A stretch of DNA of 63,769 nt, the filler included, from Octopus bimaculoides (lineage: Eukaryota), in assembly GCF_001194135.2 (NCBI RefSeq). It is 8 parts of 7 records of this genome, joined end to end, with 100 filler letters (N's around TTAATTAATTAA, not from the genome) between each part and the next. Parts side by side here need not be neighbours in the genome. Positions count along the whole stretch, not along the records: positions 1 to 15,081 come from NC_068994.1; 7 more parts are not named here. One strand, given 5' to 3'. The notes under the pieces were generated by a model. That model did no database searches and was not told where the DNA came from. It saw only the letters and a list, made by a program, of their open reading frames with translations. This document shows positions 1-12,972 of the stretch, piece after piece. Every line of letters begins with the position of its first letter. Positions within the stretch are counted from its first letter, which is position 1. The position numbers and the translations under genes are program-made.

Positions 1-350
1 TGATGATACCTCTTTCCAAGTGCACATTACCAGAATGGCAACAAAGTGCAGACGATTGGCTGGATGGATCCTGAGAACATTCAGAACCAGAGATAAGGAA
101 ACCATGATGATACTCTGGAGGACATTCGTCCTCAGCCGCCTGGATTACTGCTCACAGCTGTGGCCACCCACCCGTCTGAAATCAACAGCAGACCTTGAAG
201 CAATCCAGAGGAGATTCACAAAGAAGATTGTCTCTTTGCAACTGCTCAGCTACTGGGAAAGGCTGAAACAGCTAAGACTCTACTCCCTGGAGAGAAGGCG
301 GGAGAGGTATGCAGTAATATACATCTGGAAGATCCTGGAAGGAATATACA
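1..350 (+). mobile_element. CR1/L2-group LINE, C-terminal RT/thumb fragment
   Basis: ORF 20..361 reads RTFRTRD...SRLDYCSQLW...LEAIQRRFTK...YWERLKQLRLYSLERRRERY, the typical post-RT region of CR1/L2-type ORF2; breaks off into a CA repeat. Confidence 0.85.
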
Positions 351-1212
351 CACACACATAAAATCACAAAACAAATTAAAACAGAAATCATTTCTCAAAT
401 TTTATTTTAAGTTCTTAAAATAAAAAAAACGGGTGAAAAGAAAATTTTTTGTTAATTTTTTTTTTTAATAAATAATAATGTGTAAAACAAAAACAAAACA
501 CAAAACCAGTTATTTAGTTAATATTCCACCCCCACCCACCCTCCTTTGATGTCCTGTTTCACGCTTCTTTTTGTTTTATTGTATGTATGAATGTATGCGT
601 GTATGTATGTGTGGGAGAATGATAGATTTAATCTGTCCGCGCAGCTTCTTTTTTGTTTTTGTAAAATAAAAATTTAAAAAATCACCTCTTGGCCGCAAGT
701 TACCATTTATTGGAAGAATCTCATCCGTTTTGCAAACACTCAGACCAAATCTCTTGGGTTCGGTGACAACATTACAGTAATCCCTTGCCATATCATGGTT
801 CACCTATGGCGCACTCGGTACATCATGGATTTTTCTGGCTAATATATGTAAATTTATATCATGGACTCCTCAGTTTATCATGAGTTTTTGCAGTTGATAG
901 GTATTTGCGTTTTTTTAAAGATTTTAATTATTTCTGTGGGAGGTTTTCGAACGTAACGACCATGATGTTCGAGGGATTACTGTATAACAGCCTTGCTGTG
1001 CTGACTCCTCTTACAGCAGCAAACCATGAGTCATGGCATTTTCTGTTCTCTTCCCACAAGTCCTGGAGATTCTGTAAAGAAGATGATGAGGAGAGGGGGT
1101 ATTTTCCCCCCTTCTCTGACCAAATGCCAGAGAAAAAATAAATAAATAATATGATAGAAATCCAAACAAAACCGGATTAAAATAATTTAAGGAAAATAAA
1201 TAAAACTCTCCC

Positions 1213-1443
1213 AATTGGTTTCAAATTTTGGCACAAAGCCAGCATGTTTTTTTTTGGGGGGGGGGATGGAGTAAGTTGATTACATCGACTCCAGTGCTCA
1301 ACTGGTACTTATTTTATCAACCCTGGAAGGGATGAAACGCAAAGCTGACCTTGGCGGAATTTGAACTTGGAACAAAACAGACAGCCAAAATGCTGCTAAG
1401 CATTTTGCCTGGCACACTAATGATTCTGTCAGTTCACCGCCTT
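1213..1443 (-). mobile_element. tRNA-derived SINE with Nin/Deu-like central domain
   Basis: Reverse strand shows an A-box/B-box head (B-box GTTCAAATTCCGCC) followed by the TTTCATCCCTTCCAGGGTTGATAAAATAAGTACCAG core; same family recurs many times in the window. Confidence 0.8.
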
Positions 1444-1984
1444 ATTAATATAAACCTTGTAATTGATATGAGTCAGTAATTGCTAACGAAGGCATCAGAA
1501 CAGACACAAAAGAAGCAGAGAAGAACAGTACCTGACAATTCAACTCTAAAATACAAACCCTTTAAGGACGGTAAAATAGGAATTTGCTGTCATATTTACT
1601 GTTGCCTCCCCAACTCTCCTTCACCGCAAGCCAACTTTGTCTTATTTATTTCTGGATTAATGAACCAATGAGGGAGCCCCTACATGGTTGCTTGTTCAAC
1701 AAACAAGAAATAGCAGCCAAATAAATATTCCTCCAAATCACATCATGTTGATTTAAGAAAAGAAAAATACGAGAAAAAAAAGATAACACAAAACAATATA
1801 AGCCAGGGAGGGATAAGATATATAAAAATTACGGAATAGTTAAAGACTTGAGTGATTGTGGTTATAGGTAAGTCTGTAACTTGGTTATCATTTGCTAATT
1901 GTTCCAAGGAGCCCATGTAGTCACAAGTGGACATCGGGTCCCCTCTTAGACATCTGCTCTGCTCTCAACCCAAGGGTACATCAA

Positions 1985-2172
1985 TGATGTGAATGCTGAG
2001 GGGAGAGAGAGAGAACTGCATCAGTACTTGGTTGATGCTTACAAACAGCTGAGTAAACTGGAGCAACGTGAAATGAAGGGACTTACTCAAAAAACACAAT
2101 GTACTACCCACTCCAGGAATTGATCCCCCAACCTAGTGATCGACAACTGAACACCCTTACCACAAGGCCCTT
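1985..2172 (-). mobile_element. Degenerate tRNA-derived SINE (same family as 15604-15800)
   Basis: Reverse strand: head-like GTGGTAAGGGTGTT...GATCAATTCC followed by TTGAGTAAG...TTCACGTTGCTCCAGTTTACTCAGCTG, matching the body of the 15604 copy. Confidence 0.6.
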
Positions 2173-2902
2173 GTACCTTCTCCATCCAAATGAAAATATG
2201 GCTTTGCATAAGAATATATTTATGTAGCCATGTTTCATTGCCGCACGTATCTTTTACTTGATTCAGTAGTCAGGCTGTGGCCAGGCTGGGGCACCGCCTT
2301 CAATCCTAGTACTTACTTTTTTAAGCCTGGTACTTCTCCTAACAGTCTCTCTCGCTAAGTTACAGGGATGTAAACACACCAACACTGGCTGTCGAACAAC
2401 AGTGGGGAACAAACACAGACAATACACACAAAATACCTCGATTAATACATTTTTAGTTATCTTTTGTTATAAAAGTTACTGGTAAAAGATAATCAGTGCC
2501 TTACCATATCTACCTTTATCAAATATTTTGAAAAATTTTGCAGAAAACACACCTTAGAGCTTGATGTGATCAAACTATATCAGAAGGGACCTCAACTCCT
2601 GGCCAAACCTTTCTCTCACAAGAAACCTACAAAAGTGGTACACCAAACATTTCACACTTTCTTGCTGGGGTTGCAGGATCTGATATAAGGGCCATGCAAG
2701 CAAGAACTATCCCAATACAATGAGATATAAGTTTGCTGTGGGTCCATTTCCAACAGCAACTGATTCTGTTGTTCAGCTCTGTCTCTCTCTCTCTACACAC
2801 ACACATAAATATATACATACATATATACACACATTTACCAAGTGGTGAAAATGCTGATGAATCATTTTACATAAATAATGAAACTTGATTATGATACCAT
2901 CA

Positions 2903-4597
2903 ATAATAATAATAATAATTCTTTCTACTAAAAGCACAGGGCCTGAAATTTTGTGGAAGGAGGAGACTAGTCGATTACATCGACCCCCCAGTCTGTAACT
3001 GGTATTTAATTTATCGACCCTGAAAGGATGAAAGGCAAAGTCAAACTTGGCGGAATTTGAATAATAATCCTTTCTACAATAGTCATTAGGCCTGAAATTC
3101 CAAGGAGCGGATAGTCTTACATTGACTCCCAGTGCATAACTGGTACTTAATTTATCGACCCCGATAAATGGATGAAAGGTAATGTCAACCTCAGCAGAAT
3201 TTGAACCCAGAATGTAATGGCAAGCAACATACCGCTAAGCATTTCACACAGTATGTTAACGATTCTGCTAGCTCACTGTCTTAATAATAATAATAAGAAT
3301 AATGTTTTCAAATTTTACCACAAGGGCAGCAAATTTGGGGCAGGGAGGGATAGTCGATTACATCGACCCCAGTGCATAACTGGTACTTATTTTATCGACC
3401 CTGAAAGAACGAAAGGCAAAGTCAACCTTGGTGGAATTTGAACTCAGAACGTAGCGACGGGCGAAATACCGCTAAGTATTCCGCCCAGCGCGCTAGCGAT
3501 TCTGCCAGCTCACTACCTTAATAATAATAATAATGAGGATTTCTGAATTAGTTGATACTATCAACACCCAGTACTTGATCAGTACTCTATTTTATTGACC
3601 CTGAAAGGAGGAAAGGATAAAGTTGACCATGGCGGGATTTGAACTCAGAATAATAGGAAGCATTTTTTCCCAATGCTCTAATGATTCAGCCAACTTGCTG
3701 CCTTACATTTGTACTACTAGTAATAGTAGTAACAATCATCCTTTCTACTATAGGCACAAGGCCTGAAATTTGGGGGAACGAGATAGTCAATTATATCGAT
3801 CTCAGTACGTGACTGGTACTTAATTCATCAACCCTGAAAGGATGAAAGGCAAAGTCAACCTCGGTGGAATTTGAACTCGGAACGCAGCGACAGACGAAAT
3901 ACCACTAAGCATTTCACCCGGCATTCTAACGACCTGGAATTTGAGGAGGAGGGGGAGGGTGGCTAGCTGATCACATCAGGTACATGACTGGTACCTGATT
4001 TATCAACCCCAAAAGGATGAAAGGCAAAGTCGACCATGGCAGAATTTGAACTCGGAATGTAGCGATGGGTGAAATACTGCTAAGCACTTTGTCCAGCGTG
4101 GTAAAGATTCTGCCAGCCTGCCACCTTGATAATAATAATAATAATAATGATAACAGTTTTCTAATATAGGCACAAGGCTTGAAATTTTGTAATAGGGGAC
4201 TAGTCAAATACATTGACCCCCCACTGCTGAACTGTTATCGACCCTGAAAGGAAAGTTGACCTTGGAAGAATTTAAACTCAGAATGTAAAGACAGATGAAA
4301 TGCCATTAAACTTTGTCCAGAAGGATAACGGTTCTGCCAGCTGACTGCCTTAAACAATGATAATAATAATGGTTTCAAATTTTGGCACAAGGCCTGGAAT
4401 TTGGGGAATGGGGTCGGTGTGGTTAGTCAATTATATCAACCCAACACTCGAAAGGTACTTAGTTTATTGACCCCCAAAAGGATGGAAAGTGAAGTTGACT
4501 GACCTTGGTGGGGCTTGAACCCAGAACATAAAGAGCCGGAAGAAATACTAAGCATTTTGTCTGTTTGCGCTGCCGATTCTATCAGCTTGCAGCCTTA
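2903..4597 (-). mobile_element. Head-to-tail stack of about 8 Nin-type tRNA-SINE copies separated by (AAT)n tails
   Basis: Core motif GAAAGGATGAAAGGCAAAGTCAACCTCGGCGGAATTTGAAC recurs near 3025, 3170, 3405, 3605, 3840, 4015, 4245 and 4480, all in the same orientation, mostly bounded by AAT runs. Confidence 0.9.
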
Positions 4598-5389
4598 ATA
4601 ACACTGGGGTCATATTGAGAAACTGCAGGAAGGGTTTATGAATCTGGAAATTTAGTCACATTATTTTGAATTGAAGCAAGGCAGGGCGAATAGAAAACAA
4701 AAGTTGAGCATTGCAAGCACCATAAAAATGGCCAGGAGAGGGATACATGGCAGGAAGGAGAGAATGGTCAGTACACACACACACACCAGTACAACAAGAT
4801 GACCGGAAGCTAAAGAGAAAAAAAAAGGCCATGGTTGGAGTAAGGATTTATCAGGTACACACAACATCAAATGTTTGACATCATCACATCTGTGTAAAAG
4901 ATGGCATGAGTGATGAAGTGGTCACTAAATAACACTTAACAGCACTGCATGAGGATCACAACACAACTAGAATCCAAGAAATGGTCACTTATTAACAACA
5001 GCACCAGAGTATTACCAAAAAAAGAAAAGAAAAAAAAAAGAGTGGGTGGGGATTTGCAGCAAGAGCAAAAATGTCATATCAGCACCACAAAATTATCACA
5101 ATACAGCAGGGGTTAAATTAAATCGGGTTGCCGTTCCTAATGACAACCACCATTGGAATGAGCAAATGAAAAAACAACAATAGTACGTTGGGGTTCGATG
5201 GCCGGAGCGGTAAATGGTCATTGCGTACAACAGCAGCACAAGATGACCACAGTACAACAGGAATACTTGAAATAGCACCATAAGATGACCAAAGGTACAA
5301 CAGCAATGGGTGAGGGTAGGGGAATGGTAAGGGTCTGTAAATTTATAAGAGGATCAATCACAAGCTGATTGCTTCAAGATATGAAAGAA

Positions 5390-5635
5390 ATCATTTCAAA
5401 TTTGTGCACAAGGCCAGTCATGTTGAGAAGAGATGACCAGTCGATACTAAGTCGGAACTTGAATTTGGCTGGTATTTTATTTCAACAAATTCCAGAGAGA
5501 TCAAAAAGGCAAGGTTGAACCTCAGCAGGATTTGAAACCCAGAATGTACAGAGCCACAAGAAGTACCACAAGAAATTTTCTTCTATACCACAGGGAATTT
5601 TCTTCTAATGTTCTAGTGATTCCGCCAGCTTGCTG
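5390..5635 (-). mobile_element. Old Nin-type SINE copy
   Basis: Degenerate version of the same core (AAAGGCAAGGTTGAACCTCAGCAGGATTTGAAACCCAGAATG) and tail (TCAAATTTGTGCACAAGGCCAG). Confidence 0.65.
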
Positions 5636-6840
5636 TAATTCATGGCAGAAGCGGCAGAGAATTATCAGTTGACAACAGAAGCAGTGTTGGACAAACCACT
5701 ACGATGCATTAACAAGATAAGTTAGTATTTATATGGCAGGAAGGAGAGCACAGGAGATGGTCTTAATGCTTACCAAAAACTGGTGGACGGTAAAAACAAG
5801 ATAAAGAAAGCATATAGATCATGCATGAACCAGGAAGTAGGGGTAGGGGGGTTTAATTTACTGGAAGACAGGGTTTCGGGGGTTCTTATAGAGACACAGA
5901 ATGCAGTAAGGATAGCAAATGAGAAATTACGACATACAAAAATTGGTGAAACGGCTCTTGGGTAGAGGACGGTAACAACATGGGAGGAGCTTGTGGGTGA
6001 GATTTGGAGAGTAACAGACAAACAAGATGTCAAACACACAAAAAAACAAAAAGAAACAATGGCAGGTGAGGAAGTAGACAGAATTATTTAGTAGTTGGTA
6101 TAATTATTATATTACGATTGGTTGATTTTGGTAACTTAGTGCAAAATTGTTGATACAAGCATGAAAAGCCTGAAGTCAAGCAGCCAAGGTTCAAAGGACG
6201 TTTTCTATTTACTTATATACATCTGTGTGTGTGTGAAGTCAATTTGGGTATAAACCTTGTAGTTTACAAAGCTCATCTACAGGTATTGGCTAACAAATGC
6301 TATCGTACAAATGAGATTGATCATATCACTGAATATACATTTGCCATCCTGTGATATATATAGTTTAAACGTATAACAATGCCAGCATGAGTAAAGGTTT
6401 AAAAAAATCCAACTTGAGAGCAGACTACACCTCCTACCTTTAATTACTCAGTCGTGAAATACTAACAAAACTGACAAACTGGAACAAACAGTGTTGTGTG
6501 CCTTGCTCAAGGTGACAAATGGTTCTTCAGAATTAGTTGATAGCTCCACTCACTTAAGCACCCAAATCAGTTGTGGATGAGGGGGTAATCTAAAAGCATA
6601 ATAAGGAAAATAAGAACAAAGTGAAAAACATTCTGGGAGCTATTCATTACACCTGCTAAAAACGTGGAGATTTTCTCGTTGAGCCAAGGGTAGAGTGAGA
6701 TGTGGGTAACGAATGGAAAAGATGCGAGAAAAACTAGAGGTATTACTACACATCTGCTGGATGTGTAGTTTTAGTAAGTGTGTACGAATGATATGGTACA
6801 GATGAGCTGAGAGATAAACTGGATTTAAGCGGGATTATTG

Positions 6841-7248
6841 TATTTTCCAGCATACAAGTCAAATTTTCCAGACCAAAATTTGCAGCTAAAAAGAGGTAGG
6901 TTAACTTATACACCAAGATGATTTGGGAGGACCAAAAATTCCATGTGAAATGCACCAGGATTTGGAAGGACAGAGATGTTGTTTGTTTATACTAGATGTT
7001 TACATTACATACTAAACAGATTTGTATGCCAGAAAATATGATACACACACACACATGCATATACACAAATAGACATTGTATTTTCCAGTATACAAGTTGA
7101 ATTTTTCAGACCTAAATTTACAGCCAAACAAAGAGGTAGGTTGACTAACACATCAAAATGACTTTGAACAACCACAACTTCCATGTGAAATGCAACAGCC
7201 TTTGGAAAGAGAGCGACAGTTTTTGGATGTTTACACTACATGTTTACA
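6841..7248 (+). repeat. Two diverged direct copies (about 170 bp, period about 240 bp) of a pogo/Tigger-like terminal sequence
   Basis: TATTTTCCAG(C/T)ATACAAGT...AAAGAGGTAGG(G)TT(A/G)ACT...TTCCATGTGAAATGCA at 6841-7010 and 7079-7248; the pogo-like assignment is by resemblance only. Confidence 0.6.
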
Positions 7249-7547
7249 CTATATGCAACATTGAATTTTAAGCAGGCAAATATGGCAGAGAGACAAACTG
7301 TGTTGGTACAGACATGGAATGCACATGGATGATAGAAGTGTCAGATCTAAGTAGAAGGAAACTGTGGAAGACGAAGGTAGACGTGGGCAGAAGTGGTGAA
7401 ACCTGATCTCAGGGAACCAAACCTCACAAAGAGGTAACAGGTGGTGGGATGTTGTACAGGTGTTGAAGGGTACCTGTTGAACCTCTGTAAGCTTGGAAGT
7501 GAGGATGAAGATGATGGTGTGTGTGTGTGTGTGTATATTTTGGCACA

Positions 7548-7790
7548 GGTATGGCTGTGTGGTAAGGAGTTTGCTTCCCAAATCACATGGTTCTAGGTTC
7601 AGTCCCAATGTGTAGCACCTTGAGCAAGTATCTTCTACTAGAGCACTGGACCAACCAAAGCCTTGCAAGTAGATTTGATGAATGGAGGTTGAAAGAAGCC
7701 TATCACACACGTGTACACATGTGTATGTGTGTGTGTTTTCTTGTCTCAACATCATGTGACGGTTGTAAATGTGTGTCGCAGCCATGTAAA
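7548..7790 (+). mobile_element. CORE-type tRNA-derived SINE (5' half)
   Basis: GGCTGTGTGGTAAG...GGTTCAGTCCC head, GCACCTTGAGCAAG CORE-like motif, then GAAAGAAGCC and central microsatellite. Confidence 0.8.
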
Positions 7791-7829
7791 CAGTGTCAGT
7801 CATTTTCAATATCCTACAAGAGCATACTC

Positions 7830-8250
7830 TAATAATAATGGTTTTGAAATTCTGGCACAAGACGAGAAAGTTCAAGGTAGGGTCGGTCAATTACATTGAC
7901 CCCCAGTACTCAACTGGTACTTATTTTATCGAATCTGAAAGGATGAAAGCAAAGCCGACCTTAGCGGAATTTCAATTCAGAAAGGTAAAGACAGTCAAAA
8001 TGCCGCCAAGCATTTTGCCCAGCGTGTTAATGATTCTGCTCACTCCTACCTTAAGAATAATAACATCAATTAACGTTTCCAATGCAGGTAAGGGGTTAGG
8101 AATTTGAGAGGGTGGTGGCGGGGTGGTTAGTCAATTACACCAACCCCAGTATTCGACTGGTATTTTATCTTATCGACTACAGAGGAATAAATGGCTAAGT
8201 TGACCTTGGCAGGATTTGAACCCAGAATGTAAAGGGCCAGAACAAATACC
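7830..8250 (-). mobile_element. Two adjacent Nin-type SINE copies
   Basis: Same core motif near 7935-7980 and 8190-8225, with AAT-type tails. Confidence 0.8.
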
Positions 8251-9864
8251 GCAGTAAATATAAAAGAGAGATGCAACGAGATGGAAAAACTATAATAATC
8301 TCAGAATAAAACTGGGTGGCTTATGGATGGCAATCAGTTTTTGCAACAAAGCTACAAATGAACTTCCAACACATTTCAATTATGTTCAAATTGATTATTA
8401 AAATTAATTAAAAGATGTTGTCAGAAGCTACCGAGAAAGCAAGCCATTACAAGAGAGGAGAGAGAGAGAAAGAAAGGACAAGTGGTGCAGCAAGAATGAG
8501 CATTGAGGATAGGTAGAAACATCTGGCCCAGATGTCACAACATCTGACTCAACCAACAAAGCTTCTGTTGATGCGGGGGATGGGTGCCCCCTGCATTAGA
8601 TTTTACCATACATGATACACAAGACAGGCAAAAGGGTTTATTAAACCACACCTACCATCTTAAAAAAAAAAAGGGTGGGGGTGGTCTCATTTGCAACATC
8701 TATGATCATAAGTTGCATGAGCAGAGTTGTCTTGGGGGTTAAAGAACAACATGGAAGCCTCAAGGAAAACAGTAGCTTCCCGTTATTGGAAAGGCATAAC
8801 TGCCAATACACCTTCATGCAATATGACTGTCTATTTTGAAGTAGGCAATGGAATGGGGGTGACGGAGATACAGGAAAAAAAATTGGTTAGTTGTGGTGGG
8901 AAAGATTTCGATCATAAGTCTGCTTGATCGATCAAGGGTGACCTAGGGTTGTAAACAACAATAACAATACAGGTTATGCTGATGAGAATTAAATTAGTGT
9001 AATTTTGTTTGAGCAAGTCGGCTGGACACAGAGATGTAAAAATTACTTTAAATTAAATAAAAGTACAAAGATAAAAATTTGAGATGGCTTTATCGGGGGA
9101 AAAAATTAAAATCTCGAAATTGTATCAATATGAGATTCAAAATAAACACGAAAATTTAACAGGTGTAGGGGATGTCACATGTGGGGGGAGAGAGAGAGAG
9201 AGAGAGGGAGGGAGGAAGAGATCATTTTTGAAACAAAAGTCAATGAAAATTTTTCTAAGTATGTGTGTGTATGTAAATGTTAATGTTATTATAAAAAGCT
9301 ACTTGAAAGAAGGACAGCAACTGAACATTTACCAATGAGAAGCTGACTACTAAAACAAATTTTAAAATATATACATAGCATTCTGCATATTGTACTTTAT
9401 GCAGACATACTGTAGAAACACACACACATATATATACATATATATATATATATGTATCTCTAGAGATCATGATTTCAGTTCCTTGATCAGGTAGTGTGTT
9501 GTTTTCTCGAGCAAAACACATCATGTCATGTTACTCTGCAATCACTTTGACACCTGTTGCACCTGTTCTGACAACATCGGTTTGATGGAGAGAGAGAGAG
9601 AGTGAGGTGACGTGCTGCACGAACATTTGACCGCTATAAACAAATCATCTGTGCGGGTCATTTGGCAAAAGCTGAACGCTCTCATATGTCTTCTTTGATA
9701 GGAGAGTCTACCAAATTCACTCACAAGGCTTTGGTCGGCCCGAGGCTATAGTAGATGACACTTGCCCAAGGTGGCACGCAGTGGGACTGAACCCGGAACC
9801 ATGTGGTTGGTAAGCAAGCTACTTACCACACAGCCACTCCTGTGCCTCTCTCTCTCTCTCTCTC

Positions 9865-9924
<60 letters not shown>

Positions 9925-9928
9925 TACA

Positions 9929-10474
9929 CAGAGTTGATGATAATCCTTTATCCAAAATTCAGAAACTTGTAAGGCAAAAGAAAAAGAAGAAAAACTCTAA
10001 AAACCTGAAATGTTCCCCCCCACCCCACTCAAGTGAGAGAAGTGTGATGTGTGTAAAATTCCAGAAAGTGCTCAGAAAATTCCTTAGGAACACGAACAGC
10101 TGTTGTGAACCATGCTTCTAGCCATCAGCTGTTGCCCAACCTAAGGAATCGTCATCTGGCTGAGGTTGGTAGGTCGAAAGAGTAATGGACAGGTCTGCTT
10201 TGGTGAAAAGCAATCCTGTCTCCACGGCCCCACAGCAGAGCAAACCTTTTTACAAGAGCATAATTGGAAATTAGTGCCAAATTTATAAAAAAATTATCTT
10301 CATGGGTATACATATGGGTTGTGGATAGGTAAATGGATAAATATGTTCAGATTTGAGGCCTGTTTCCTTCCCAAGATGTCCCATTTTTATAAATGTAAAT
10401 ATACAACCATCAGAAACCCGGAAACTGAAACAATTCTGGTCCTAAGCATTTTGGAAGAAAGGATTATCAATTGT
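9929..10474. mobile_element. Non-autonomous Tigger/pogo-like DNA transposon
   Basis: Imperfect terminal inverted repeats: TTGATGATAATCCTTTATCCAAAAT (about 9934-9958) versus ATTTTGGAAGAAAGGATTATCAA (10448-10470); no transposase inside. Confidence 0.55.
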
Positions 10475-10489
10475 GTGAGTGTGCATTTT

Positions 10490-10889
10490 ACTTGTTTTAC
10501 AGTCATTATTAGACTGTGGCCATACTGGGGCATCACATTGAAGAATTTTTAGCTGAATGAAGTGACCCCAGTACTTTTTTTTTTTTTTTATTAAAACCTG
10601 GTATTCATTCTATTGCTATCTTTTGCCAAACTGCTAAGTAATGGGGGACATAAACACACCAACATGGGTTTTCAAGTGGTAGTGGGAGACAAATACAGGC
10701 ACAAAGACACACACACACATGTAAATATATATGATGGGCTTCTTTCAGTTTCCATCTACCAAACTTCCTCACAAGGCTTTGGTCAACCCGAGGCTATAGT
10801 AGAAGACGCTTGCGCAAGATGCCACACAGTGGGACTGAACCTGGAACCATGCAGTTGGGAAGCAAGCTTCTCATCACACAGCCATACCT
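10490..10889 (-). mobile_element. Near full-length CORE-type SINE
   Basis: Reverse complement of head, CORE, central CA/TA microsatellite and 3' tail; the head abuts an N gap. Confidence 0.85.
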
Positions 10890-11339
10890 NNNNNNNNNNN
10901 NNNNNNNNNNNNNNNNNNNNNNNNNNNNNNNNNNNNNNNNNNNNNNNNNNNNNNNNNNNNNNNNNNNNNNNNNNNNNNNNNNNNNNNNNNNNNNNNNNNN
11001 NNNNNNNNNNNNNNNNNNNNNNNNNNNNNNNNNNNNNNNNNNNNNNNNNNNNNNNNNNNNNNNNNNNNNNNNNNNNNNNNNNNNNNNNNNNNNNNNNNNN
11101 NNNNNNNNNNNNNNNNNNNNNNNNNNNNNNNNNNNNNNNNNNNNNNNNNNNNNNNNNNNNNNNNNNNNNNNNNNNNNNNNNNNNNNNNNNNNNNNNNNNN
11201 NNNNNNNNNNNNNNNNNNNNNNNNNNNNNNNNNNNNNNNNNNNNNNNNNNNNNNNNNNNNNNNNNNNNNNNNNNNNNNNNNNNNNNNNNNNNNNNNNNNN
11301 NNNNNNNNNNNNNNNNNNNNNNNNNNNNNNNNNNNNNNN

Positions 11340-11407
<68 letters not shown>

Positions 11408-12219
11408 CACACATACACACACACACACACGTGTGTATCATATTTCTGCTTAGCCATAACAGGGCAAATAGTAATCCTAACAAACCATACATTAGAATTC
11501 ACAATAATCCACAAAATCACTGCTCTGCACATGCATTGACCGTGAGGTAGTGAGGATATGAGAGTAATCCATTCATTCATTCATTCAGACCTGCAGACAC
11601 ACCCACACACACACACACCCACAGCAACAACAGAAGTACAATGATTGGCAGGGGAAGCAAGTTTTTTTTTTTTTTTTTTTTTTTTTGGGAAATATCGTTA
11701 ATAATAAATGACAAAATAACCATAATTACATAAATAAATCCATTCGGTTCACCAATATCAAAAAAAATTCCATTCGGTTCACCAATATCAAATGCTGGAA
11801 TGAATTTAACATGTTAACTGCCATGTAGCCTGTCACTGGTGCTTGTGTGAAATTCGTGATGACCAACGACAGCACATGTAGTGGCTAACACATTAATTAC
11901 ATTAATTCACGTTCTTTTATCCTATTATTATTATTATTATCATTAGTATATAAGAGTTGTTGAAGTTTAGAACTCCCCATATGATTATCATTATCATCAT
12001 CCAGTCTGCTTTTAGCATAGTAGTTTGCTTATTACCATACTTAGAAGTAACAGTAGTACAAAATATAGTAGCAGTTAGTATTATTTAGTGGTATCACCAT
12101 GTACATTGCACCACAGCCGTAAAACATATACAAGGAGCAAACTAAATAAAATTGTATTTATCATAATTTCTCTTATATGTGTGTGTGTGTGTGTGTGTAT
12201 GTATGGGTGTATATAAATT

Positions 12220-12972
12220 TTTTTATTCTTTTACCCGTTTCAGTCGCTTTGACTGCGGCCATGCTGGAGCACAGCCCTTTAGTTGAACAAATCGACCCCA
12301 GGACTTATTCTTTGTAAGCCTAGAACTTATTCTATCAGTCTCTTTTGCCGAACTGCTAAGTTACGGAGACGTAAGCACACCAACATCGGTTGTCAAGCGA
12401 TGTTGGGGGGACAAACACAGACACACAAACACATACACACACACATATATATATCTACACACACACACACACACACATCTGGTGAAGGCACATGGCCAAA
12501 GGTTAGAATGTCGAGCTTACGATCGTGAGGTTGTGAGCTCGATTCCCAGACCGGGCTGCATGTGTTCTTGAACNNNNNNNNNNNNNNNNNNNNNNNNNNN
12601 NNNNNNNNNNNNNNNNNNNNNNNNNNNNNNNNNNNNNNNNNNNNNNNNNNNNNNNNNNNNNNNNNNNNNNNNNNNNNNNNNNNNNNNNNNNNNNNNNNNN
12701 NNNNNNNNNNNNNNNNNNNNNNNNNNNNNNNNNNNNNNNNNNNNNGGCAACTTTGTAGGTGCAATCCCATGGTCATTCATGACCGAAGGGGGTCTCGAAT
12801 ACACACATATACATATGACGGGCTTCTTTCAGTTTCCGTCTACCAAATCCACTAACAAGGCTTTGGTCAGCCTGAGGCTATAGAAGACACTTGCCCAAGG
12901 TGCCACACAGTGGGACTGAAACCAGAACCATGTGGTTGGGAAGCAAACTTCTTACCACACAGCCATGCCTGC
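12220..12972 (-). mobile_element. CORE-type SINE with a second tRNA-SINE (about 12480-12797, + strand) nested in its central microsatellite
   Basis: Tail half at 12220-12480, head half at 12815-12972; between them GGTGAAGGCACATGGCCAAAGGTTAG...CTCGATTCCCAGACCGG is a separate tRNA-like head running into a gap. Confidence 0.8.

Noticed and set aside
2903-4597. Regularly recurring motifs resembling a CRISPR or tRNA gene array
   Set aside because: Units are 150-230 bp diverged SINE copies with AAT tails; no short identical repeats with unique spacers, and no complete cloverleaf.
11739-11792. 30-bp-period tandem duplication (CCATTCGGTTCACCAATATCA twice) near a 26-nt T run
   Set aside because: Small local duplication; no target-site duplication or ORF to support a retrocopy.
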